Of a stretch of DNA of 64,000 bases, positions 12,611 to 25,429 are shown in pieces; positions within the stretch are counted from its first letter, which is position 1; each line of letters begins with the position of its first letter. The stretch lies in contig JAYWIR010000021.1 in the NCBI GenBank assembly GCA_036172245.1, positions 2,294,001 through 2,358,000 of the forward strand, read 5' to 3'. The notes under the pieces are model-generated. The model searched no databases. It was not told the DNA's origin and worked only from the letters and a program-made list of their open reading frames with translations. The position numbers and the translations under genes are program-made. The DNA comes from Raillietiella orientalis. Taxonomy: Eukaryota.

Positions 12611-14413
12611 AAGCATCTGAACTTTGGTTCATTCACACCCGGAGAGAGGAAAAAACATTCCATGCAAGTTGCCGACACCATTTTCCCGCCGGCTGTCGCC
12701 CAAGTAAAGGTGTTTCCTATGCTACGTGATCGACATCCAAATGCAATTCATTGGACACAATAAAAAAGGAATTCAGAAAGGACTTCATGTTGGTTTCAAT
12801 GCGTGATTTGATAATGATTCCGTATCACTCCAGAGAAAATTAGATTATAGGGAGAAACGCCTATACACGAGAAAGTAGAAGCAGCAAAACTAATAACACT
12901 GGTTTAGATGTTATTGGGGTGGCTGTAGCAGAGGCCTCGTTGAATCTCTACCTCTTACACGGGCGCAGCAGCGATGTGCCTTTGAAAAGATGGCGCTTTC
13001 ACCAGAGAAACAAATGCTATACGAGTCAATCGCTTTTTAAATGCTTGTCCTTTGCATTTGTCCATTCCATTTCGTTAGTCCGGCCGAGAACGATTTATTG
13101 CATTTCATGCCTGCCACGTCGAAGACAACTTCCGAGTGTAATTGTGGGCAGCATGCATCTGCTACTCGTATGGACCAACTCCTTCCACCACGCCATCATT
13201 TCGATGCGAAGCGCCGTGAGGTTCTTCGACTGCTCACTGCTTTTATTCTCAATTGCTCCAGAGTTGAAATCAGGAGATGAATCGATTTTTTTTCGGCTTC
13301 TTTTCTACATATCCTGCCTCACCATCCTCAGCCTTAAGCAAAAATTGACTTTCACGCTGTTGCAACTATAAGGATTCGGGAAGAGGGTTTTCTGGCAGCA
13401 TTCCTTCTCACTTATTCTTGCTCCCAGTAATTTGCCGAGTCCTTCCATTGGATCCTGTCTTATTAGTTTAGCACTCCCGTTTGGAGCCTGATTTCCGAGA
13501 TTTTTGCAAGTGTTAGATAAAGGTTCCCTGATTGAAAGTTACCAAGTCGACGACTGGTTTCTGTGTTTTTCTCCGCTTTCTACGCCTCGAAATTGATGCC
13601 GTCTGTCTCACGCTGAAGTTGTGCCGCCCAAACGTTACTCCTGCCTGATCTAGCGGGCTAACCTTGAGATTTTCCTTTCGAGGTCTGTCGCAAGATTCAA
13701 CCCCGCCACTGCGAGTGCACCCGAGGCATGCAGACTCCATTGGGGCGCAGATCTTACGCACCCAAAGCTTGCTTGTTCCGGAATGCATGATTCTTCCTCC
13801 TGGTGCCAGCGAGCACGGACGAGAAGGCATCCCTGTGGAAGCTTTGGCGATTTCTCTTTGAGCAACTTATTCTGCAAATGTGCTTGCACCCAAAAGCTGG
13901 CGCATCCAAGCAACCGTTCTTGGCTACAGCTAGCGCTGCACCGAACCAGGTTTTTTTCCCCATCGAGTTTCCTATTCTTCGGACCAATTGAGGACCAGTT
14001 CAATCTGCGGCCCGTATTTCGGCAAGAAGGAAGGCACATTCTGGGGAGGGAATCCAATGAATACAGTAGACTCACTAGCAGCAGCTAAACTTCGGGACTC
14101 CGGCAGGGAGAGACGGAAGAGAAAACGGGCGGAAGCCGAGAAGGAGGGGAAAAAAGGGAAGATTGCAGTGCCACGGAGTTGTCTTTCTCATTTTCAATCC
14201 TCTGAGCTCCCGCGCGGCCGGAGAATGCACACTACGTCGCAGCTTCTTCCTTTCGTCACACAAGGCAGCACCACGTACGTCCGTTTCCCTCCGTTTAACC
14301 AGTCAGTGCGCCTTTATCGAACCGGTCACGCGCTCACGCTAGGAACAGCAAGCCGTGTTGCGCTTGCTGACGAGCTACACCTCCTTTGTTCCAGCAAATC
14401 CGAGTCAGGAGGA

Positions 14414-14432
14414 TCTCTCTCTCTCTCTCTCT
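14414..14432. repeat. (CT)n microsatellite
   Basis: tctctctctctctctctct. Confidence 0.9.
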
Positions 14433-14649
14433 CCTGCGCTCTCCCCGCATATTTTTGTTGCTCGCGGACAGCAAGCAACAAACTTCTGCCCCGAGATTCA
14501 TTCGAATGCTCCATGAGCTGTTTGCTTCCCATCGCCGTTCTCGGAAATGGGCGCGCACGATCACTCGTGCATGAAGAGAGAATCTGCACCGGCGTCAGCA
14601 GAGCGAAGAGAGGACGCGCAGGACAGATGCAGGCAGAACCGGGAACGCT

Positions 14650-15750
14650 CCCGCAGCATCGAGCGAAGGAAGAAGCGCGCAAACGGCGCCAGTGACTTTT
14701 GACTTGGACACGTGCGAGCAGTCGTAGGAGCAATGCCTTTCCCCTGGGGTGCCTGCGTTCGCTACGCTCTCCAGGAGGACCGCTCTCGTCTTGCCCGGTA
14801 GATGTGCTGCAACAGCGCATGGGATGGAGATGGCATCGCTGGATGCCGTCTCCTCCCGGAGATGATGAGGAAGTCCGGCGAGCAGGACTTCCTCATCAAG
14901 TTTAGGCATTCTGGGCCAGGTTCAGAGAAGCCATGAGCCCACGCGCGACTCACGGGCTGCGCAGATCGCGTGAGCCATGGGACACATACCGAGCCTGCCC
15001 TAAGCTTCCTGAGGAGCACCCGTTTGGTGAACGCTCGCTGTTGCTCGTCTTACGTGCTGCGTGACGCTCATCGGGATGAGCCACTTGGCCGCGTTGCGCG
15101 CGTGCCTCAGAGTGGGCCAAGCATGAGCGGCATGCGTCGAGCCTGTGGGTGCCTTTTAGGTCTGGCCTCAAGGAACCGCTCGCTCCATTTCCCGAGAACC
15201 CAGAAAGGGATTGCGTGATCTGATTGAATGGTCCCGGAAGCTGCTTCGTGTCTGCCCAGCTCACCAACTCCCTCAGACTCATTTGGACTCGAGGGAAAGC
15301 ACGGGCGAAATCCCACGAAGACACGAGTCTTTTTTTGTGCAGTACCTGTCTGGAGCAGCAAGAAAGAGTGAGGGGAGATCCGAGCTCCTTGCGTGCTGCG
15401 GCGGCAGCAGACGCAGACCTTCCCAGGTCACGCAATTCACAGATAATGCACTCTTGGGCAGCTTATGGATCCTCTTTGCGACTCACTGCTAGCATGTCGA
15501 TCCGGGAGAGTGAGGGTGCTAAGAATGCTGCCGCCAGACACGCCGTGATGACCTTGTGAGGGTTGAACGTGTGCGGTTAGTCAAGAGTTCGTTTTTGATC
15601 GTCTCCTTCTGACCGAGGGTTGCGTGTCCCGAATGCAACGGGACTGCGGCCTCTGGCCGGTTGCTGAAGGTTTCCTAGGAACCGCTGTCCTCCGACGCCG
15701 CATTTTCGAATTTCGGAATCCTCGGCTTCGTTCACAGGTTGGTGCAGCCG
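14650..15750 (-). mobile_element. Degenerate LINE RT remnant (CR1/L2/Jockey-like)
   Basis: WDFARAFPRV (~LDFxKAFDxV), MPLMLGPL (~PQGSxLGPL), HPDE (~YADD) and W..LNLMRKS (~W..LNxxK) in order on the minus strand. Confidence 0.45.
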
Positions 15751-16879
15751 ATGGCGACTCCCTGCTCCTCTCTTGCCATCACCGATTCCCTCTGGCTAAC
15801 GCAAGAGCAGAGAGACCGCGCGGCCGAGGTTTCCCCGGGAAGTCTGGGGCATCTTTCTGGAGAGCCTTGCGTGCTGCGCCTGTCGAGGAAGGATAAACAA
15901 CTTTCGAGTACTTCTTTGGGTGAGGACCGTCGGAAATGATCCTGGGTTTCCCGTCGGCTTTATGTGATTATCGATCTTAATTTGGTACGGCGATGCAAAG
16001 CGCGTGAGGATGGGCGAAAAGGCAGCGACGGAACGCGCATCCGCTATTTGCACCACTCGTTCATTCTCCCCCATTGGCCTCTCTCCGCGAAGATAAGGGG
16101 CATAAGAGTTCCTCTCGCCACCCACGAACGAAGAAGAAGGATGCGCCATGTGGTTTTCGGCGGTCTTCACGGCGCGCGAGAACGCAAATCTTGGAACTAC
16201 CAGCTCTCCCAGAACACGATCAGATCACGGCGGGAATCCACTTCCTAGAGAATTCATTGCTCGCCCTTCCGAACAAGGGGGAAGGTCGGGAGGAAGCAAC
16301 AGCAGCAGCAATAGGAAAGCGGTGAGGACATTCTTGCCGGAATCGACGCCCTCACCTTTCTTCGTGCGGCTTCGAAGCGCTCGGACCACCCTCGACATCA
16401 CTGCATGTTTCACCCGAATCACCAGTTCGGGCAGCTCTCCCAAGCGTCCGGAACGAACGCGCTCTTCCCTCCCTTCCCCGGCCACTCCTCCTCCTTCCCG
16501 GAGAAGTGCCTTCCGCGCTCACGTTCGACTCGCTGGTGATGTCCTCCGGTGAGAACGGAGAGCCTTTAAGGAGGTTGGCGGGGGCGGAGGCGCCTCTCAA
16601 ACGAGCGGATGGCTCTTCGGGCAGGACCCACCTGCCTCCTCACTCTCGGACCTCCGAGTCGGCGCGCTCCCCTTCGAGCTGCAGATCGGAGGCCATGGAC
16701 ACGCGCCGAGAACGCGCGCAGCGAAAGAAGCCAATCTCCTTCGGAAGGACAGATCTGGTCTCCTTGCGGCTTGGGAGAGGAATGTAAGAGGAGGAGGAAC
16801 AGTGCACTCTTGAAACCCCCCCCTTCCTCCCCAGGTGCAGGAGGGGATGGAATGGATTGCAATTTCATCTCAACATTTC

Positions 16880-17600
16880 ACATCGAAAACAAGGGAGCGA
16901 GCGCCTCGTACGACTCCCAAGTGCGGAAGGTACATGCCATGTATATGGGGAGCATCACTTGGAAATAAATAAAGAGGGGGGGGGGGCAGAGAACGGACGC
17001 ATTTCGAACAGATACAGGAAGAGGAGAAGAGGAAGGGGTGATAGAAGGGAAAAGATAAAGGTAGACTTACCCAGGAAATGAGAAATAGTTGCAAGTATCT
17101 CGACTACCATTTTCCGTTCGATTATTTCTGTGGCTTTCCCAAGGAAAAAATGCGTCTTCGCTCGTCGCTAAGGACCGGAAACATCAGGTCGAAAGGGTGG
17201 GGGGTGGGGGAGGGAAAAGAACCCTCTCCCGCAAAAGAACAAAAAAAAAAAAAGAGAAGAAAAACGTTCTTGTGCAGAAAATATGAGGTTATCAAATATC
17301 ATCCAAAGGAAATCGGAAGGACTTGACCCGAGGGATTATTCCTGGAGGGAGCTCTTCCGAAAAGTCTTCCCAGAACACTTCCTGGAAAAATACGATGCGG
17401 TGGGGTGGAAGGGGTTAACGGGAACGAGGAGGGCGGCACAGACCTCAGATTCTCTCTGCAAGCATCCGCACGCTTTTCCCCGAACCATCACGTGTTACGT
17501 TACCGACTTTCGCGGGCAGTCCGAGCGGTACTACACGTCACCACGCAGTCAAGCAAATTGGGGTTTGTTGTGGGACTGTTGCGAGGCAACGCTGACTAGG
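16880..17600 (+). mobile_element. Degenerate Tc1/mariner-family (DD37D/DD34E-like) transposase C-terminal remnant
   Basis: KVHAMYMGSI (~KVxVWxxI), QGKNASSLVAK (~QDNAxxHxAK), SEGLDPRDYSWRELFRKV (~SPDLNPxDYxxWxxLxxKV). Confidence 0.45.
17071..17110 (-). CDS. Syt4: Candidate first coding exon of the Syt4-like gene
   Basis: AAAATGG start context, MVVEILATISHFL, then a consensus donor G|GTAAGT in phase 1. Splicing to 10975 gives MVVEILATISHFL-V-STPALMG in frame. Confidence 0.5.
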
Positions 17601-18399
17601 CCTAATGTACCCTAGCGGAGAGGCTTGCGCACTCTCTCGAGCGACGTGACCGCCGCTCGCCGCGATGCGGAGCGGACGCGAACCCGCGGAGCGCACGCCC
17701 GCGACAGGAGGGTAGCCGTTCTCGCGGCTGGGGCTCGCCCCCCAGGGAAGGGACCCCATCCCTCCTCCACCCCCACCCCATTCGTCCGAGGGGGCTTCTC
17801 GGCGAAGCGGAACTTGGGTGCCGTGCGAGCCAAGCGACCGCTCCATCTCGCCCCTCGGAGCTGCTGGCCGCGGCAGAGCATTCAGAGAGGCAACTCCTTC
17901 CCCTACCAGCGAGCCAGCTCTCCTCCCGTCCGCCACGAGCCGTCTTCCTCTTTTTTCTGTCCCCCTTTCCCCCTGCGTTCCCCCGGGTGCAATTCTCGAC
18001 TGGTAAGAATCGAGCCCCGGTAAACCTCATGAGTGACGACATGGCCGGCGTGTACGCGCCACGGAGTCGGTGAACCACACAAAATGGCGCCCTAGGCGGC
18101 ATGCGTAGCCGAGCCCCACCAAGCACTCGTCTCTTTTGCGGGCATTTTTTCGCCCTCGTTTCCTGCGATCGCTTCGTTCCTACCCTTCCCACCCCCTTCT
18201 CGTTTCTCGTTCGTCTCTCCCGCTTCCCATCGTTTCTTCCTCGTCCGGTTTGCGGACTGAAAGGGGGGAGGCGGGCAGGAACAGATACCCGGGAGCTCCG
18301 AGCGGCAAAGCAAAGGGCTGGGTGAGGACCGCGCTGGCATCCAGGGAGGGGGTAAACCCCTCCTGCAGGATTCGACTCAGGGGTTCTTCATCCGCCTCG

Positions 18400-20250
18400 G
18401 GTCCAGACGGCCCTCCAGGATTCTGCGGGGGCGAAGCGCAAGGGAAGGGCAGGAAGCCGGGGAGCGCGGGTGGTGGAGAGGGACGAGTCCTCGATGGCCT
18501 CTTCGCGGATGGTGGGTGCAACAGCGGTCTTTCGGGAGCTGTTCGGCGTGCGCGCGCGCATCCTCTCGTCGGGGGCAACGGTGGGGCTCTCTCCCCCTCT
18601 TACTCCCCGGCGCAAAGGGGCAGGGAGGAAGGAAGAGCCGAGGGGGCCGGCGGAAAGCAGCGATTTCCCGTCCGGAAGAGGCGGACCCCTGCGAAGCCGA
18701 GGTCGGCGGTCCAGGTGGCTCGAAGCATTGGTCCGCGTTGGCTTCGTCAGGATCCCGGCAACCGAAGCAAAGTGGAAGGACTACCCGGCCCGTTTCCCGT
18801 GGCAACGGCGACTCGCACTGGATCATCGTTAGGTAATTTTTTCATGGGGTTTGATTTGTGTATTTTTATTTATAAAACAATTAAAATAGTAATTAAATGC
18901 ATTATAATTCAATATCATTGCAAATAATTATTAAATTATATTATATAACACGGATCTTCCGTTGATTGTTTACTAACTTACGAAATATGATTTTGATTCG
19001 CTACATGATATTTAATGTCATCATTACGATAATACTTGAGAGATTTCGAGGAATGTGCACCTATTGAAATCACGTCCTGAATGATTATTGATAAATAATC
19101 AATATTATTAATGAATAAGATAATGGGAGCATTCATGTAAAATGAAATTTTCGCAAACTGTTCCCTGTTTATTTCTCCCGCCACTCTACGCTCTTGGCGC
19201 TGCTGATGCTCCTCTGGCGTCGTCGTCCACCGCGCGCTCCCAGGTCTGCCCTCCCCACCGCCCTGTTCGACCGAATCGGTCTCTCCCCTTCCCAGCCCTA
19301 GTCCTTGTCCCCAGTGAAGTTTTGATCCACCTGCATCATTTCGGACTGGCGCCGGTGTCGTGAGACTTCAGGCGCCTAGCCCGGAGATGAGGTGAATGGG
19401 GTGTGGGGAGGGAGAGGAAGCGACGGGACCGCGGGAGCGTTGCCTCGGGACCCTCTGGGAGACTCGCGCAGGAAGGCGGAGGAGCACCGCTTGCAGAGCT
19501 CCTTCGGTCCGCGTGCTGCAACTCGCTTCCGGATCTCCTGACTCAGGGGTCCAGAAAGGCCGTCGGCAGGCTGCCCGTAGGTGGCACGGTCCCCCTGAAG
19601 GCCGAGAGCGCTCCCGCGGGGAGGGGAATCCCGTCTGGGAGAAATCCCGGTCGACCTAGCAACCGCGCGGAAGAGGGCTGACCTCGCCGCTTGCCAGGTA
19701 GCAGGAGCAATCCCGAAGTGAGCTCGCGGCCCCGCGGAGGAGGAGAGCAGGGATTTCTTTCAGCCTCCCAGGTCTCCGGCCCCGGGAAAGTTCCAGGAAC
19801 GGCACGGTTCCTGGAACGACAGGCTCCCCTGCTGCGCTTTTCCTAGCTTCGTGAGGGTGAGCAGCCTTTCTTCGCCCCTCTTGTCTTCTGGTTTGCGGCG
19901 CGTCCAGATGAGACCGGGCAACTGGCGCCGTGGCGCGCCAGAAGGAGGAAGGGAGAGGGGTAGGGGAAGAAGCTGGCGGCGCACAGGAGGAATTTCTGGA
20001 GGCGCTGCGTTCCCGGAAGGGGGACGTGGAAGCGAAGGACGAGCACGTGCGCATGTCTCTGGTTGCTGCAGCGGTGTCACCACACTCCGCCTTCCCCTTC
20101 CCCCGATGCGACTCCGTCTGCCATCTGGGGGGAATCCTGGTCGTCCTGGCAACCGCTCGGAAGAGGGCTGACCTCGCCGCTTGCCACGTAGCAGACTCTG
20201 GAGCAAGAGTGTGCTCCCGCCTGCGCCCCTCGAGGCGTTGTCGGGGCAAC
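18400..20250 (+). pseudogene. Degenerate ankyrin-repeat gene (pseudogene)
   Basis: QEEFLEALRSRKGDVEAKDEHVRMSLVAAAVSPH (~VEALxxxGADVEAKDxxGxTxLxxAAxxGH), GEIPVDLATARKRADLAAC and GGILVVLATARKRADLAAC (~GxTPxxLA...), GATAVFRELFGVRARI; frameshifted. Confidence 0.55.
19634..20194 (+). repeat. Direct repeat pair, ~71 bp (19634-19704 and 20124-20194)
   Basis: Shared core gcaaccgc(g/t)cggaagagggctgacctcgccgcttgcca(g/c)gtagcag; the copies are 490 bp apart. Confidence 0.9.
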
Positions 20251-21449
20251 AAGGCTTTCCTCTCTTGCGGGATGCGCGCCCAGTGGCGCTCCCCCTACTC
20301 CAGCTGCGCGCGAGGCTACGAGCTCGGACGCTCGCGTGCCGGAGATGACATCCTCCTCTCCCTTTCTCCCTTCCCTCCGTCCATCCTCCGGGATAGAGAG
20401 AGATCTAGGTGTCGGTCGATGTGTCAGGCAGAGAGAGAGGAGTCGCTCCTCTTCCTCCTCCCTGGCGATTCGTCATCTCCAGTCACCGGGAAAGTTGCGA
20501 TGCCGGGACGCGATCGCGAAGGCAGCGGTGAAGGGAAGGGAAGGGAGGAGGGGGAGGAAAACTTTGCCGGAGGGAAGCAGAAAGGTGAGAGTGGCAAGGC
20601 CAGTGGCAAAGGCGACTCGGCCAGTAGGGAATGAGGAGAAGGGGGGGAGAGAGAGGCGCACTCGATGCATCCCGGCTGCTCGCTCGGGACGGAGGGGGCC
20701 GCCGTGTCGATGGCCGCGCCTCGCCTCGCGCGCGCTGCCGGCTTTCCCCCGCCCGGTCCCGTCTCCCCCGACTGGGAAGTCACCGTTGGCGCCGAGGGGG
20801 AGGCGCGCGCAGGGAGGACCGGCCCGCGAGGGCTCCCAGATTAATCGGCTCCGTCTCCGCCAGTCAATTCGCCACCCGGAGTGGCAGGTCGATCTATCCC
20901 CGTGAGGGGGAAAGGGGGTGGGGGAAGGGAGGAATCCTTCGCAGGGGTGGCGTCGGGGAGACAGAAATCCAAGGTAGTAGGACTGCTTCCCCTCCTTCCC
21001 GGAGAGCGCGGGGGCCGCAGGAGATTTCGGACACCCCGTGTCATCTCATCCCGTGACCCCCGAACCGGACGGGCATCTCTTGAAGCGATCTATTGCAGAG
21101 GACTCGCAGGCGTCCCAGTCAACGGGACGCTTCGCTACACCGCGGGAACCCCTTTCCGGGCGCGCGAGGGAGTTGGGCCGACGCGGAGCCGGAAGCCTCC
21201 CGGAAAGGGTCATCCCTTCAGGGCGAGCTGCCTCCGCGCAGGGTCCGGGAGCGAAACTCCACGGACGGTCTCGTGGTCCGGAGACGGGACGTCATCAGCG
21301 GAGGAAGAAAAGACACTGTCCTTCGTGGGCGGCGCCCCTGGGAAAGTTTCCCCGCGGGCGCCAGCCGTCACTTACTGAGGGCCCGAATGAAAGCGGTCAG
21401 TCGATCTCCGGGGCAACGGACCGAACTTTTCCCATAAGGGAGGGAAGGG

Positions 21450-22380
21450 GGAGGGAACTTCCCTTTCGAAGATGCTGCGGATTTGCTGGAGCTGCTTATC
21501 TCGCCGACGTCGTAGGGGCTCCCGATGCAACTTTTGGCGCTCGGAGCATCGATCGGGCTCCGGGAAGCATGGGCGCTTGGGCCCCCACCGGCCCGCGTCC
21601 TCCGCCCGAGACGCGGGCGGTGCCTCCGCTAGGACGCGTCGCGAGATCTCCGGGAGGAAGAGGAAGGGGGGAGGGACGCCGCTGCTTGTGTTCACCTGTA
21701 CCTCCTTCCCTGATCATCCCACGCCCGCTGGCAGAGTCCCTGAGACCCTGTGACCACGACCTCTAGCCCTCAGGACGGCCAAGGGGACCGTGCGCGATCC
21801 TCATTCCACCAACCTTCCGCCTGCGCCGCCACTTCCCACCCTACACGTCCCACACGTACCAGGGGGAGGAGTAGCTCTTGTCTGTTGTGCAAAAAGTCCT
21901 CATCCTCCCTCCCCCCCTCCCCGGATCTTTTGCCTGGAAGCAGCCGCCCCTGCGTCAACGCCTTTCCATGGTAAGCAACAAGTCCGGTTTGCCCTCCCGA
22001 TACTCGGTGGAGGCCATCCCGAGTGCTCCGGAGGCGGGCACCCAGGATTACGCTTGACTCTGCCGTATTCCCTTGCGGTCTGCATCTTCGCCATCTCCGT
22101 GATTGCACCACAGACTCCCTTCGGCTTTGCTCCCAAAGCGAGCGGGTCACTTCGTGCCGCTCGCGCGTGGAAGCAGCGTGCGTGGCCCACGCGCTTCCTC
22201 CGCTGCTCCTTTTTTGCAGGTCGAGTGCCAGGTGGCTGAATGAAGGTGGCTGGCGAGTACCCAGGCATCCCGACTTCTTTGACGTGGACGTCCTTGGGAC
22301 TTGCGGAAGCATCGCTGCGAAGTCATTTTTCGGCTACGCGCCCCCGTGCAGCTTTCGTGGACCGCCGCGGTTGGCAGGAT
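21450..22380 (+). mobile_element. Very degenerate Ty3/Gypsy RT remnants
   Basis: GFAGAAYLADVVG (~FAAAYLDDVVI), RAWPTRFLRCSFF (~GLxLxxxKCxF), AAKSFFGY (~RSFLG). Confidence 0.35.
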
Positions 22381-25300
22381 GCAGATTCATCACATCGCGA
22401 AAGATGCATTCAGTTCATTAGGCATTTTTTCTTTTTTTTTTTTAAAAAAAAAAAAAAAGGAAGAAGGGAGGGGGTAGCGGGAAAGCTACAGACCTCGGAG
22501 GAGAGCAAGGCTCCTCCTCCTCGTGTGAGATGATGCAGACGGAGACAGCAGCGGAACGAAGTCGATCGGAGCACAGATACGACAATGACACAAGTGCACA
22601 GGAGACGACATCCTTATCACATAGTTAAGCATCTCGTCTTATAAACAAAGCAGGACTGGGCGTACTGAGGAATGGGGGCGAGGGGAGAGTCTGCAAGCCT
22701 GAGCGGAAAGCATTGAGCACCATAAAAGAGTGGAAATGGTTCCCATTCCTTCCCTCTTGATTCGCGGCAGCCTGGTATGGTTTTTTTTTGGGAGGGGGGG
22801 GAAGGGGGCTTTATAAACTCTTCTTCCGCAACCTTTTTAATCAACTCTTTAGCTGTCGATTCTTTTCCTTTCTTTTCCTTCTTCGTCCCACATTCGTTTC
22901 CTTTCGAGTCGCATGCACAAATGTGTGCATGCGTAACTGGTACGCCTGCGGATGCATCCTGCTGATCCCTCTTCAGGAGGTGGCCACCGGATTGCAACAG
23001 GCCTTCGAAGAACGGGGGACCTCAACCCCTGCAGCAGCAAATCAAGGGCGTAGCCTCTGCAGACCTACGAATGGCAGCCACTCCCCTTTTGCTCGACCGG
23101 CTCCTCGCCCTCTGCTCTCTCCTCCGTGTCCTCCGAGAGGGATGGTAGTGCACTCTGGCAACTCCCCGCCCATCGATTTTCGGATGATTCGGAGCTCTTC
23201 GAGTGAGCTGATTGAATCAATGAGCGAAGAAGTCCTTCTAGAATCAGCTCGCGCAAGGGTTCTGAAGGACAGACCCCTAAACCAGGCAATGATCTCGTCG
23301 ATAAGAGTTATTGTCCGGCGCGGACAGACGCACTGGGGCATCTACGACTCGTGCTGACGACATGAAAACTGCCTCCTCCAGTCGATGTGCTGCATCCCGA
23401 AGCGGTGAAAAATACGGCAAAAAAAAAAAAAAATCCTTTTTTTTCCATGCCCACGGCGAAGAAATGCGGATCCCGGATGTCTGTGCTTCCTGTGAGGGGA
23501 ATATGTCTCCCGCCCAATTAGATGGGTTGTGATCAAGGGGTGATTTGGGATGCTTAAATATTTTCAAAAGTTTCAAGGAGCGGATCCCGAGATCCCTTTG
23601 TTCTCTTCTCCCGAAACTTGCCGTCTCGGAAGCTTTCATACTACGCGTGTGGAAGCTGCGAATAGCGAAAAGCACTTGCAGGAAGCAGCGCTTCCTTCTT
23701 TCTTCTTTCCTCCCTCCTTTTGGGAACCTACGGAGTTGTTATTGATGACTTTGGATCTCTCCACCTAAGCTTCGTCGTTCGTATGTTGGCAACCCTCACG
23801 GTGTAGAGCGATCGTCAGTGCATCTGGAGAGGTCCAGAGAAGCCGCAGTTCATTCTTCCGCTCCATCTTCGTACCTATGGATCACAGAAGCGAAAAAGCT
23901 GCAATCCCTCGCGACGGCGAAATCCATGCCGCTCACTTGGGTCCAGCGCTTCCGGACGCAAATGGTAGTGGCGAAGACTCAATGAGTCCCTTGATCAGTT
24001 GTTTCGCCGCCTCCTCAATGTCTGTCGTGGGCGAGCGGCTGTGCTGAGAAGAATGAAAGGGAGCGAATCCAGGAAAAAGGGGGTACGTCTAGCATCTGGA
24101 TTCCGGGCACCTTCGAGTTGTTGTCTGCGTGACTCGCGTGGAAAAGAGCCGCTCCCGCATTCTGCTGCTGCTACGCCGTGGGACATCGACTTCTCCGCTC
24201 CATCCCCGCATCCATGCTCAGCTGATAACCGATCGCGCGGAATTGCCCAACTCTTTGAGTTGCCTTCGGTATGATTGGCCATCGATTTCCCCCGTCGAAC
24301 AGCTTCCCCTCTCCCCCCCTCCCCCCCCCTTTTTTTTTTTTAACCTGATCGGAGCTGTTTTCGCTGCAGCAGCCTGTTGCCCCGACCGACACACACCGTG
24401 GAGCCGGCCGTTGCCGCAGTGATGCTGAGGCACAGCAGCGTTTCCATTCGCCACCACTGAAAAAATCCTAAATCATTAAGTGTCTGCATGCACTCCACGG
24501 ATACTCTTGGAAGGGTGGCGGTAAGAGTGGGCGACCCGTATGCGCAGCCTCCGTGTTTACACACGTCGCAGAAAAGCTGACGAACGGCGCCTCTTTCGGA
24601 GAGCTGTCAAATAGAGAGAAATTGTTTTTTTTTTTTTTTTTTGCTTAGCCTTCGACGGACGTTCCACTGGATGACCCGATGTGGGAAACGGGAGCAGAAA
24701 CACACACACAAACAGAGCAAAGGTGCACCAAAGGGACACTACAAGGTGCACCTCGGATTCCAGTGATCGTGCCCGCTGTTTCCCGCATTTCTCAGAACGG
24801 TCTCTCGCAACGATTCCCTTTGGCGCACTTTCGTGAAGGGGAGGGGGGAGGTCTGGAGGGACCACACCTTCCTGTGTTTTCCCGAAAGGTCATGTGACCT
24901 CATACGCGCAACAGTGGGCGCACCTCCCGCTACTTGAGCGTTCACGCGGTGCCTCCCGCACGACCTCTCCCGTGACTCGCGACGACACCGCGAGCTCTGA
25001 GGAGGGGTGGGTGGGTGGGACGGGTGGAGAAACCCCTTCTACTCTTTTCAAACCGCCGACCGCCGGAGCATCTGTTTCGCCCAAAGGACCCATTCGCAGC
25101 AAAAAAAAAAGAGCATTTTCCTCTTACCTTCGTTGCTCGAATGGTTGGTCTTCGAGGGAAGGTGCGACCACCCTTTCATCCTATTCGGTCTGTGCGGGAG
25201 AGGAGGTCTTGGGAAATAGCCTGCGATGCCGCAAGGTCCTGTCAACTCACGATCAATATATTTTCATAGAGAAGGGAGAAAGATATGGCGATTCCGGCAT

Positions 25301-25429
25301 CTCCGCGCATGTTCCGGCGAGAGCAATCAATGATCCCTGAGGCAGATGAATTAATTGCTTGGGAGTCGCACGGGCGGTGCTCTCTGGCCGAAAGGGTGGA
25401 TCTAGACACGGGATACAAACCGACCTTCG

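Noticed and set aside
13600..14000. LPQGCLL RT-like motif on the minus strand
   Set aside because: A single motif with no convincing YxDD or other flanking RT motifs
18080..18095. AAAATGGCGCCC as an LTR primer-binding site
   Set aside because: Only an 8-nt match, and no LTR pair was found
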